DNA of 64,000 nt from Candidatus Omnitrophota bacterium (GCA_963828495.1 CAWHFJ010000016.1:21353-85352), one strand, 5' to 3'; counted from the first letter of the stretch, positions 9,425 through 17,805 are shown. Notes: generated from the sequence alone by a model not told the origin. A program made the numbers and translations.

Positions 9425-10393
9425 CTACACCCTCACTCCCGCTAGCCACTTCTTGTTCGCCAGATACCACTGTACTGTCCGCCGGATGCCTTCCTCAAGG
9501 CCCACCTTAGGCTGCCAGCCCAAGAGACGTTTGGCTTTGGAGATATCCGCCCAAGTGGCTTTGAGGTCTGCTTTGTGAAAGGCCTTCTTATTGCGAGTTG
9601 ACTTTTTGCCGAGATGTTTCTCAATGAGTTTAATCATTTCATTAAGGCCATACGGATGGTTGCCGCCCAAGTTGATGATCTCAAAGCCGACCTTTTTCAT
9701 GGCCTTGATGGTACCTTCGGCAATATCGTCGATATAAGTAAAATCCCGGCTCTGGGTACCATCGCCAAAAATCTCGATAGGTTTGCCCTCATCAATCCAC
9801 TTGATAAACGGGAACACGCTCATGTCCGGCCTCCCGGCCGGGCCGTAAACCGTAAAATACCTAAGCACTGATACGTCTATTCCATAAAGATAATGATAGG
9901 TATAGGCCATCACTTCTGCGGCTTTTTTGCTGGCGGCGTAGGGCGAAATTGGCGTATTCACTGACAGAGTTTCATTAAACGGCATTTTCTGGCCGGCGTA
10001 TAATGATGATGAGGATGCCAGAACAAATTTGCGGATTTTGTATTTCTGACACATCTCCAAAATATTCAGTGTGCCCTGAGCGTTGGTGGACATGTAGACG
10101 TGCGGATTCTCCATACTATAACGGACACCGACACGGGCGGCCAGGTTGATGACCGCCGCGAACTTATTGTCCGCGAAGATCGGTTGCAGAGCTTTGAGGT
10201 TTTCGATATCTGCCTTGTGAAAGACGAAATTCGGATAAACTTGTAGTTGTTTTAAACGGTATTTCTTAAGCGATACATCGTAGTAATCGTTTAAATTGTC
10301 AATACCAACTACACGGACACCGCGCTTCAGTAGTTTTTCTGCGGTTTTGGCTCCTATGAAACCGGCGGCACCGGTTAGCAAAATGTTTTTCAT
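9425..10393 (-). CDS. NAD-dependent nucleotide-sugar epimerase (UDP-glucuronate 4-epimerase-like extended SDR)
   Basis: LLTGAAGFIGAKTAEKLL Rossmann motif, IDNLNDYYDVSLKKYRL, and the catalytic YAASKKAAE (YxxxK). Start set at the ATG at 10393 (MKNILL), which forms an ATGA overlap with the upstream stop. Confidence 0.85.
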   Translation of the reverse strand: MKNILLTGAAGFIGAKTAEKLLKRGVRVVGIDNLNDYYDVSLKKYRLKQLQVYPNFVFHKADIENLKALQPIFADNKFAAVINLAARVGVRYSMENPHVYMSTNAQGTLNILEMCQKYKIRKFVLASSSSLYAGQKMPFNETLSVNTPISPYAASKKAAEVMAYTYHYLYGIDVSVLRYFTVYGPAGRPDMSVFPFIKWIDEGKPIEIFGDGTQSRDFTYIDDIAEGTIKAMKKVGFEIINLGGNHPYGLNEMIKLIEKHLGKKSTRNKKAFHKADLKATWADISKAKRLLGWQPKVGLEEGIRRTVQWYLANKKWLAGVRV

Positions 10394-11988
10394 AATCCCC
10401 ATCCCTTACGCCTTCGCAGAACGCCGTCCGCAACAGACAACCCATGCTCTTGGTTAAAAGTATGCACGGCCTTAATCTTTCTATCAAAATCAGGCTCAAT
10501 AGAGTTAATCTCTGTCTCTTGATACTCTGATTCATTGAATACCGTTATCCGGTTAATTTTTATGCCATGACCATATCTTCCTGAAGAGTTCTGCGATGGA
10601 CGGTAAACGTTCCCATTATGTTCAAATATTTTACCTGCAGGGCGCGACTTCCTGACATCAGATATCACCGGATTTTTAGGATGCGGCACCCAATCGCATG
10701 ATAACGGATTGTCCGCATAAAATAAAAATAATTCGTCCCAAGAAGATGCCCCTTCATTTTCTACGACATTCGCAAAGAGCCACCATTTCCCATGATAATT
10801 AAATAAGGTGGCATCAGAAGCATTAATATTTGTCATTAAATTCTTATGAAACTCCCATTGGTCAGGAAATTTTATGCATTTATATATCTCAATAGTCCTG
10901 TTGGAAGATGACTCCGGAATCATATAGTAATTGGTATTCCATTGAAAAACAAAAGGATAAGATAAATGATAGGGCCTTTCTAAAACTGTTACAGGCTTAC
11001 TATAATGGCCTTTCTCATCAATAATAATTAATGCGATATGCCCTTTTTTGCTTTTAAAAAGAAATTCCTCAATAAAAACATAATATTGATTGTCTTTATA
11101 AATGATGTACGGGTCTGCCCAAAACCTGTCTTTGGCAGGTACAATGCGCTTGAAACTAGATAAAGCCACCGGCTCTTTACCCCCAAGGTCAAACATCAAA
11201 ATCCACTGCTCCAAAAAAAACAGATGATAGAGTCCAAATTTTATACACCTTGCCATGTATGGGAAAAAGCCTATTAAAAATTCTCTATTACCGGGCTTCC
11301 CATAGGGCACATGACCGGAGAGAACTGTTTGTTTATTTTCGAGTCTTACTTGCGCAAAAAACTTCTCTTCCCCCAGATCATGCAGTTCTTTCAATTTTCT
11401 TGGAATAAATGAAAGGGCCTTCCAAAAATACTGGTTGCGGTTCCAATTGACAGACAGTTCATCTGTGCATGAGTATGATTGATAAAGGAGCAACCCGTTA
11501 TCCAAATTGTTGGTTAACATCTGCAGTGTTGAACAAGTGACCGGTATATTTTTAAACACCTCCCAAAAACCGGCCGTCCCCTCCTGATGATAAGACCAGA
11601 TGCCAAATTTTGCGCAATCCAGTATCTTGCCTTTTAAGGCCCCAAATCCCAAACGGATAAAAACATCAATTTGATGTTCTTTGATAGGCTCTACATCCTG
11701 TATCGATTTTACTTTCATATGTGGGACATCAGCTAAAACGCTTTTTGCATTTTTAATTTCAAAGGCGTCAGGAGTTGATTTAAATACTTTATTTTCCAAA
11801 TTACAAAACGTTAGATATAAAAGATTGTCCCAGTTGCTTGTGATTCTAGAATTGAATACTATTAATTTAATCTCTGCATAATCCGACTCCTGTATTTTCT
11901 TTAACATGACATAGGCCCAATGAGGCACATCAAAAGAATCCATGAAGAGCCCTATCCGCAACTTCTTATTTAAAGAATCCTCACCCAT
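10390..11988 (-). CDS. Two-domain protein: formyltransferase-like N-terminal half plus aromatic-rich beta-type C-terminal half, function unknown
   Basis: 532 aa. The N-terminal half (IGLFMDSF...HQIDVFIRLGFGALKGKILDCAKFGIWSYHQEGTAGFWEVF) resembles Fmt/ArnA-type formyltransferase cores but lacks a clean HxSLLP motif. The C-terminal half (WADPYIIYKDNQYYVFIEE...YYMIPESS...HGKWWLFANV) looks like a beta-propeller or sandwich. Confidence 0.4.
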   Translation of the reverse strand: MGEDSLNKKLRIGLFMDSFDVPHWAYVMLKKIQESDYAEIKLIVFNSRITSNWDNLLYLTFCNLENKVFKSTPDAFEIKNAKSVLADVPHMKVKSIQDVEPIKEHQIDVFIRLGFGALKGKILDCAKFGIWSYHQEGTAGFWEVFKNIPVTCSTLQMLTNNLDNGLLLYQSYSCTDELSVNWNRNQYFWKALSFIPRKLKELHDLGEEKFFAQVRLENKQTVLSGHVPYGKPGNREFLIGFFPYMARCIKFGLYHLFFLEQWILMFDLGGKEPVALSSFKRIVPAKDRFWADPYIIYKDNQYYVFIEEFLFKSKKGHIALIIIDEKGHYSKPVTVLERPYHLSYPFVFQWNTNYYMIPESSSNRTIEIYKCIKFPDQWEFHKNLMTNINASDATLFNYHGKWWLFANVVENEGASSWDELFLFYADNPLSCDWVPHPKNPVISDVRKSRPAGKIFEHNGNVYRPSQNSSGRYGHGIKINRITVFNESEYQETEINSIEPDFDRKIKAVHTFNQEHGLSVADGVLRRRKGWGL

Positions 11989-12004
11989 GGTTTATGATTT
12001 TGCC

Positions 12005-13171
12005 TCATTTCTTAAACAACTCTTTTGCCCAACGAACAACAACACCTTCTTCTCTTGTGTCACCCACCGCAGGTCTGCTATCACCAAAACAATAAACGAT
12101 CACCCTTTTTAATCCGGGCCAAAGATAACGGGTTTTGATATCTTCTTGTGTCATCTCTCTTGTCTCGTCTACAAACACAAGCCCGATAAGGGCCTTCCCG
12201 TCCAAAGCTATGAAAGGATTATTAACTAAAAACGTCCTGACACCACGGGTATCTCGCAAAGGATATACACGCAGAACATTATCTATGCAATGCGTGAGAT
12301 GAAGCCCCCATTTTTTCTTATAATTCAATACTCCATCACCAAAAAAAGGCCTTGATCCTCCTACAGAAATTCTTCCGCACTGTTTATCTTTCCAATGATT
12401 AAACAAAAAATAATAAAGCGCCTGTATGGCTCCTGCTTTAACTAAATTTTCATCTCCGCCCTTCACTCCTACATACTTAAACCTTACGCTACCGTCTTTG
12501 TGGTAGTAATAACAAGCGCCTGAAATGAGCGTTTCCCCTTTTTTAACAAAAAGAACTTCCCAATCTTTGGCCTCTTTTAATGCATCCTCGAAATTAAATG
12601 ACAAAGACTCTTTTTTGTATCGCTTCAAAATATATGGCAAATACATCTCATTCCAAAAATGATAGAGTGAATCTCTATCCCTTGCTACTTCAAACGTATA
12701 CGCATACTTATTACGGATTTTCCTGATATCCTCTTTTATGGAACTGGAATTAAAATTAATCAAAGAAGAATCCAGATCTCCCTGGACCCAGGTAGGGATA
12801 CTAAAACATCCGTGATTTCCTAGACACAAAGAAACTCGATAAGAGACAGAGCACATTAAAACATCAATATCTTCCCTGTGCTTTTTAATGATCTTCTTAA
12901 TATGCCAAATCCAAACCCTCCCAAGCTCGGTTTGAGCGCAATCTTGGGGGAAAACCATCCTGACCACATAATTCTTATCCTGAACTTTGCCACAAAACAT
13001 TAAGCCGACAGGACCATTATTCTCATCCGCACGGCTTCGTATCAACCAGGCGCAAGGTCTGAGCAGGTCATACACTGTTCTTACGAAGTAATACGTCCAA
13101 GAGACAGGAAATCTGACGATCCAGGGCATTCTCTGATATTGGCTTTTTAATATTTTAAGAAAATGATCCAT
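12005..13171 (-). CDS. Hypothetical protein, paralog B of 8231..9424 (GNAT/FemAB-like C-terminal half)
   Basis: 388 aa. Near-identical blocks shared with paralog A include VYPLRDTRGVRTFLVNNPFIAL and MTQEDIKTRYLWPGLKRVIVYCFGDSRPA. The middle is more diverged. Confidence 0.45.
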   Translation of the reverse strand: MDHFLKILKSQYQRMPWIVRFPVSWTYYFVRTVYDLLRPCAWLIRSRADENNGPVGLMFCGKVQDKNYVVRMVFPQDCAQTELGRVWIWHIKKIIKKHREDIDVLMCSVSYRVSLCLGNHGCFSIPTWVQGDLDSSLINFNSSSIKEDIRKIRNKYAYTFEVARDRDSLYHFWNEMYLPYILKRYKKESLSFNFEDALKEAKDWEVLFVKKGETLISGACYYYHKDGSVRFKYVGVKGGDENLVKAGAIQALYYFLFNHWKDKQCGRISVGGSRPFFGDGVLNYKKKWGLHLTHCIDNVLRVYPLRDTRGVRTFLVNNPFIALDGKALIGLVFVDETREMTQEDIKTRYLWPGLKRVIVYCFGDSRPAVGDTREEGVVVRWAKELFKK

Positions 13172-13178
13172 TTATTCT

Positions 13179-13211
13179 CCAGATACTACTGTACTGTCCA
13201 CCGGATGCCTT
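13179..13211. repeat. 33-nt relic of the epimerase gene 3' end (duplication scar)
   Basis: ccagatactactgtactgtccaccggatgcctt matches 9460-9492 (ccagataccactgtactgtccgccggatgcctt) at 31 of 33 positions. It sits in the same position relative to the paralog start codon. Confidence 0.75.
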
Positions 13212-13212
13212 A

Positions 13213-13237
13213 AGATCCCCGCTTTCACGGGGATGAC
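13213..13237. repeat. Second copy of the 24-25 nt hairpin repeat (GATCCCCGCTTTCACGGGGATGAC)
   Basis: Stem atccccg/cggggat. Reverse complement of the element at 1647-1671 with 3 substitutions, including a compensatory pair in the stem. Confidence 0.8.
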
Positions 13238-13239
13238 AA

Positions 13240-13665
13240 TTATGGCAAATGCTTAATTGCCCAATCGTAAAATCTTTGTGCTTGTTTAGCTATCTCTAAG
13301 GCTTCCTTTTCTGTAAATTTTCTCCGTTCATAGGTTATAGCGTTCTTTTTAGCAACAATTCTTCCAAACACATTGGCATACGGCTCCATGTCATCAATTT
13401 GTATCTTTAAAAGAATCTCTTTAGCTAATCGATGATCTTCAGCCGTCGATCTTAACCCCAGATAATTGGTAGTTAATGCATCTGCTATGGATATAGTCGC
13501 ATGAACAGCTGTAACTCCCATGGTATGCCACAGACTTACCTCCTGAGCAACCTCAATCCCATGATAAAAGTCCGCGGCTTTTATCATAAAATCCTTACAA
13601 TTACTTTTCTCTACTTGCTCTGTTTTGATAAATTTAGCGGACATATGTTGATATCTCCTGGCCAT
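13240..13665 (-). CDS. HEPN-domain protein (putative toxin partner of the MNT)
   Basis: 141 aa, all-helical in character, overlaps the upstream nucleotidyltransferase gene. Contains R-x5-H (RSTAEDH), conserved with RSVSQDH in the paralog at 25417..25818. Confidence 0.7.
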   Translation of the reverse strand: MARRYQHMSAKFIKTEQVEKSNCKDFMIKAADFYHGIEVAQEVSLWHTMGVTAVHATISIADALTTNYLGLRSTAEDHRLAKEILLKIQIDDMEPYANVFGRIVAKKNAITYERRKFTEKEALEIAKQAQRFYDWAIKHLP

Positions 13666-14257
13666 AAATAAGTTGATTAGATGACAATATTGATTTTATG
13701 ACATTCAAAGACTTGTCTTTCTTGAAAGATGATAAACTTTTAACATAAGGCCCTAATGTAACGCCGTAAACTCTTGTAAGCTTAGTCCCAATTTTCTCAA
13801 TTTCTTCTTCAACTGCATTGACACCATTTTCTTTATCAACCAAAACAAAAATATCGAAATCACTTCGACTATTATCTTCTTTCTTTTGAACGCTTCCAAA
13901 TAATACAACTGAAAGAATGCTCTTTTTTAAAACGGATGATTCAATCTCCTCCCTTATTTTCTGGATTATCTCTTCTGGAAAGACTTTTTCATTTTGAAAT
14001 AACGGCAACAATAAACGCTTGGCAATCCATTTTTCTTTATTAATGGAATACCCGAATGAATTTCCATACGATTTTAGATTAATAACCCCTTCGTCCACCA
14101 AGGCGCTCATAGCCTTGTGAATAGATTTTGGCGTTATCCCCAAAAATCTGGATAATTGCCTGCCGTTAAGTTCTGTGGAATAGTTGCACAAATGCCGCAA
14201 GCATTCTATTTTAACTTTGCTGTTTAATACAGCGTTTAAGGGATTGTTTACTTTCAT
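13634..14257 (-). CDS. wHTH-fused minimal nucleotidyltransferase (MNT)
   Basis: 207 aa. N-terminal wHTH-like region (LNGRQLSRFLGITPKSIHKAMSALVDEGVI), then the NTase motif VVLFGSVQKKEDNSRSDFDIFVLV (GS...DxD). Confidence 0.8.
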   Translation of the reverse strand: MKVNNPLNAVLNSKVKIECLRHLCNYSTELNGRQLSRFLGITPKSIHKAMSALVDEGVINLKSYGNSFGYSINKEKWIAKRLLLPLFQNEKVFPEEIIQKIREEIESSVLKKSILSVVLFGSVQKKEDNSRSDFDIFVLVDKENGVNAVEEEIEKIGTKLTRVYGVTLGPYVKSLSSFKKDKSLNVIKSILSSNQLIYGQEISTYVR

Positions 14258-14369
14258 ATCTATTTGTATACCTCTATAAATTTATGTTTACATCTGTATA
14301 CAAGCATACCTTCTCTGGGCCTTCTTGTCAAATAATTCTTCTATATGAAAGAGGGGGAATTAAAGCCGT

Positions 14370-15341
14370 TCAAAATTTTCGCTCCCACTCGCTTTTAAGG
14401 ATTGCCTCGAGATTATACTGCGGTTTCCATCCTAATATTTTTCTGGCTTTTTCCGAAGAGGCAACAACAATGGCCACATCTCCCGGACGGCGTGGACCGA
14501 TGCTATGGGGCACCTGTTTTCCGGCAACACAAGAAGCCGCTTTGATGACATCCAAAACGGAAAAACCATTGCCATTTCCGAGGTTAAACACTTGGTTCTT
14601 AATCCCTTTGCGCAAGGCCTCCAGGGCCAGTAAATGCGCTTTACATAGGTCGACCACGTGAATAAAATCGCGCACACCTGTGCCATCATGAGTTTTATAA
14701 TCTTTACCGCATACGGTCAATTTTCCGCCACCGTGAAGGGCTTTCATGGCATTGGAAATTAAATGAGTCGGAACCGGGCGGCCTTTGATCGGCCATGCAC
14801 GCCGCACATCCCAGCCTGCCACATTAAAATACCGCAGAGCTATAAAATCAATGGTCCCGGCACAAGCCATATCCTGTAATATCCGTTCTACCATTAGCTT
14901 TGAAGTACCGTAAGGATTAAGCGGCAGGGTTGGCGCTTCTTCCGTTACAGGCACTTTGGGGGGATTGCCATAGACCGAGGCCGTGGAGGAAAAAACAATG
15001 CGGCGTACCTTGTGCTTGGCCATGGCGGCCAGAAGATTGGTCGTTCCACCGACATTATTGCGATAATACAACTCCGGTTTACGCACAGATTCCGGAACAA
15101 CAATCTTGGCCGCGAAATGAATCACCGCGCTGATAGGGTATTTCTTAAAGACTTTTTCGATGGCTCCCTCAGTCAACAAATCGCCTTTGACGAATTGGGC
15201 ACCCTTAGCCAGCCATGGCCTGACACCGGTTGAAAGGTTATCAAAAATGACAACGTCATGGCCTGCTTCGATGAGCATTCCGGCCATATGGGCGCCTATA
15301 TAGCCTGCCCCACCGGTAACTAGGATATATTTTTTGGGCAT
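14370..15341 (-). CDS. galE: UDP-glucose 4-epimerase
   Basis: 323 aa. ILVTGGAGYIGAHM, FDNLSTG, YGTSKLMVE (YxxxK), and GalE-like length. Confidence 0.9.
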   Translation of the reverse strand: MPKKYILVTGGAGYIGAHMAGMLIEAGHDVVIFDNLSTGVRPWLAKGAQFVKGDLLTEGAIEKVFKKYPISAVIHFAAKIVVPESVRKPELYYRNNVGGTTNLLAAMAKHKVRRIVFSSTASVYGNPPKVPVTEEAPTLPLNPYGTSKLMVERILQDMACAGTIDFIALRYFNVAGWDVRRAWPIKGRPVPTHLISNAMKALHGGGKLTVCGKDYKTHDGTGVRDFIHVVDLCKAHLLALEALRKGIKNQVFNLGNGNGFSVLDVIKAASCVAGKQVPHSIGPRRPGDVAIVVASSEKARKILGWKPQYNLEAILKSEWERKF

Positions 15342-15344
15342 AAA

Positions 15345-16493
15345 CTAAACCTTATGAAGAATAGAAATACAATCAGAAAGATTTAAATATTTAATAACAG
15401 CCGGACCAATCTTTCTGGAATATGATTCTTTGGTATCATTAGAAACGACCAGTACATTAGCTTGAGGATAATTATTAAGGAATATTTCGATATTCTTGCT
15501 TTCTAGATTACCGGCCTGCCATTTACATTCAATGGCAATAGGCTGTTTACCTCGCGGTTTTATAATAAAATCGATCTCATGGCCGTGCTTATCCCGCCAA
15601 TACTGAATATCCCTGGTCTGCAAATGCCCTTGAATCTCGTTTAAAACAAAATGTTCCCACAATATTCCAAAATCCTCTTGGCGCAAACTATCCCATCCGC
15701 GATAGTAACAAAAAAATCCGGTATCAAAAGCATAAACCTTGGGAGCCGCTACAATTTCAGTGGCTTGATGTGTATGAAACGGCCTGATCACATGAGCAAC
15801 GTATGTCGCTTCTAAAACGCTTAAATAATTCGAAATGGTAGTCCGGCTGACTTCACATGGTGTGGCAAAAGAAGAGGCCTCAAATATTCCCCCGCTTTGT
15901 ACCATTAAAAGTTCAAAGAATTTCTGAAAGGAATGCCTGCGCTCCAATCTAAAGAGCTCTTGAATATCTTTGGCCCAATAAGAGTCCACCCATTCCTGAA
16001 ATTCTATTTCAGGAAAATCCTTTGCCAAGAATAAGGCCGGAAGCCCCCCTCTCAAAAACCGATGCTTGAGGTCCTTATGGTCAAAATCTTCTAAATCTTC
16101 GGTCAACATCGGACATAGCCATAATTCCCGCTTACGGTCTGTCAATGTATCTTTAAACTTGGAAGAAGCCCCCAGAGTTGAAGAGCCTGTAGCTATGATT
16201 TGAATATCAGAATAATGGTCGGCGGCTATTTTAAGAAGCTCGGAAGGATTGTCCAACCGGTGTATTTCATCCAAAATGATGCGTTTTTTCCTAAGTCCAT
16301 CCAGAAAGTCTTCCGGGTTTGCCATCATTTGGCGGACACGAGGCAGTTCGCAGTCAAAATAAACCGCGTCCTTAATACTTTTCCCAAGAAATGTTTTACC
16401 GACCCGCCGAACACCGGAAACCCAGATAATAGACTTCTCTTGCCATAACTTTTCAATCTTTTTTAACCAAAAATGTCTTGTTCGCATAGTCAA
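15345..16493 (-). CDS. AAA-type ATPase with C-terminal DUF4143/PD-(D/E)xK-like nuclease-fold domain
   Basis: 382 aa. Walker A GVRRVGKT, Walker B RIILDEIH, and a C-terminal HGHEIDFIIKPRGKQPIAIECKW (D...ExK arrangement). Confidence 0.75.
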   Translation of the reverse strand: MTMRTRHFWLKKIEKLWQEKSIIWVSGVRRVGKTFLGKSIKDAVYFDCELPRVRQMMANPEDFLDGLRKKRIILDEIHRLDNPSELLKIAADHYSDIQIIATGSSTLGASSKFKDTLTDRKRELWLCPMLTEDLEDFDHKDLKHRFLRGGLPALFLAKDFPEIEFQEWVDSYWAKDIQELFRLERRHSFQKFFELLMVQSGGIFEASSFATPCEVSRTTISNYLSVLEATYVAHVIRPFHTHQATEIVAAPKVYAFDTGFFCYYRGWDSLRQEDFGILWEHFVLNEIQGHLQTRDIQYWRDKHGHEIDFIIKPRGKQPIAIECKWQAGNLESKNIEIFLNNYPQANVLVVSNDTKESYSRKIGPAVIKYLNLSDCISILHKV

Positions 16494-16588
16494 ATAATAC
16501 TACAGATTACGGCTAAACGCAAGCAAGATTTCGTTTAGTAAGGAAATGCGGTAACTGTTTGGCGATCAGACTTGGCACTCGAGGGGGC

Positions 16589-17278
16589 TTATCCTCTGGT
16601 CTCCATATTAGGATATAATTCAGAAGTTAAATCGGATTGCCAGTACTCTTTTGTTTCTACATTCATTATGCTTAACTTGCCTCCCCAGCCGGCTCCGGTG
16701 TCCATGTCCCAGACATTACACAATTTTAACGGCTTTGTTGAGTCAAGATTTAGAGTAGGGGTGTGACCTAAATAAATTTCCTTATACTCACTGAATTGAT
16801 AATCGGGATTAATAGCATTAACTTTCCGCGCATGGTCGATCAATGTCCTGTCCCATACGAATGCCTCTTTATTCTGAAGGGATATTGGTTTTTGAGGATC
16901 AAAACCACCGTGCACAAAAACCCTGTTTTCGCATTCAAACCAAAAAGAAGCTGTGTTTAAAAAATCAACATGGGCCTGCAGCATTGGTCCTCCGCCATAA
17001 GACTCCATGGTTGACCTTCCCCCTTGGCTTAACCAAATATTTTCTTTCCATCCGAATTCGGCCCATTTCAAGGCCCATTGGTCATGGTTACCGACGATGC
17101 AATGGCAGCGCTTTACCTTTAAGAGTTCGTCTATGCAACGATCAACTTGGGAGTACCCGTCACAAATGTCTCCTAAAACTATCAAACGGTCCTCACTATA
17201 ATCGAAGGCGGAGCGCTCGAAGCATTGGAGCACGGCTTTATAAGACCCGTGTATGTCACCGATAACAAAGGTTTTCAT
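16589..17278 (-). CDS. Metallophosphoesterase (lambda-phosphatase/PrpA-like Ser/Thr phosphatase family)
   Basis: 229 aa. GDIHG, LGDICDGY, GNHD, VHGG and GHTP motifs in canonical order. Confidence 0.8.
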   Translation of the reverse strand: MKTFVIGDIHGSYKAVLQCFERSAFDYSEDRLIVLGDICDGYSQVDRCIDELLKVKRCHCIVGNHDQWALKWAEFGWKENIWLSQGGRSTMESYGGGPMLQAHVDFLNTASFWFECENRVFVHGGFDPQKPISLQNKEAFVWDRTLIDHARKVNAINPDYQFSEYKEIYLGHTPTLNLDSTKPLKLCNVWDMDTGAGWGGKLSIMNVETKEYWQSDLTSELYPNMETRG

Positions 17279-17286
17279 AGATTAGA

Positions 17287-17388
17287 GATTGCTTCGTCGC
17301 TTCGCTCCTCGCAATGACACTGAAAGAAAGTCTCACAATGACACAAAGAAAGTCTCACAATGACACAAAGAAAGTCTCGTAATGACAC
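17287..17388. repeat. GATTGC...CTCGCAATGACAC unit followed by three tandem 22-bp repeats
   Basis: Unit at 17287-17320. The 22-mer aaagaaagtctcacaatgacac occurs at 17323-17344 and 17345-17366, and again at 17367-17388 with ca changed to gt. Confidence 0.9.
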
Positions 17389-17399
17389 ATATTGAACTT

Positions 17400-17805
17400 T
17401 TACCTCAAATATGGTTTGGCGTATTGCTCATAAATTTGCCGGTAAGGTTCATAGTACAATTTAAGCTCATAGGCCCGTTGTATTTCATGAAAGGCGATCC
17501 GGTCAGAGGCGCGGGTGCGCTTGCTGTAGTCCCGCAAAAGTTCAGAAGCGTAACACATGTGATACAAGGCTTTTAGCGGTTCCAGGCGTATGGCCTCTTT
17601 GATGCTGTCCATGTCTTTGGGATTGCTATGTTTAAATATTTCCGCCCTGTAATCGGAAACAAACGGATTTACAAACCGCGGCCATTTTCAATTCTTCCAG
17701 ATTCCCCTGGGCTTTACCGGTTTGATAAAAATATTCCGCACAGGCGAAAAGACCCACAACGGCCGTATAAACCAACAGGATAATTATTCCAACCGTCTTA
17801 CGCAT
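17400..17805 (-). pseudogene. Membrane-anchored TPR-like protein interrupted by one frameshift
   Basis: Begins MRKTVGIIILLVYTAVVGLFACAEYFYQTGKAQGNLEE (track ORF 17632..17865). It continues in another frame as ...NPFVSDYRAEIFKHSNPKDMDSIKEAIRLEP... (track ORF 17400..17612). The frame change is near 17660-17690. Length 406 nt is not a multiple of 3. Confidence 0.55.

Noticed and set aside
17323-17388. Possible CRISPR-like array (three regularly spaced 22-bp repeats)
   Set aside because: The repeats are directly abutting with no spacers, are only 22 bp long, and are derived from the terminus of the palindromic element. There are no cas genes in the window.
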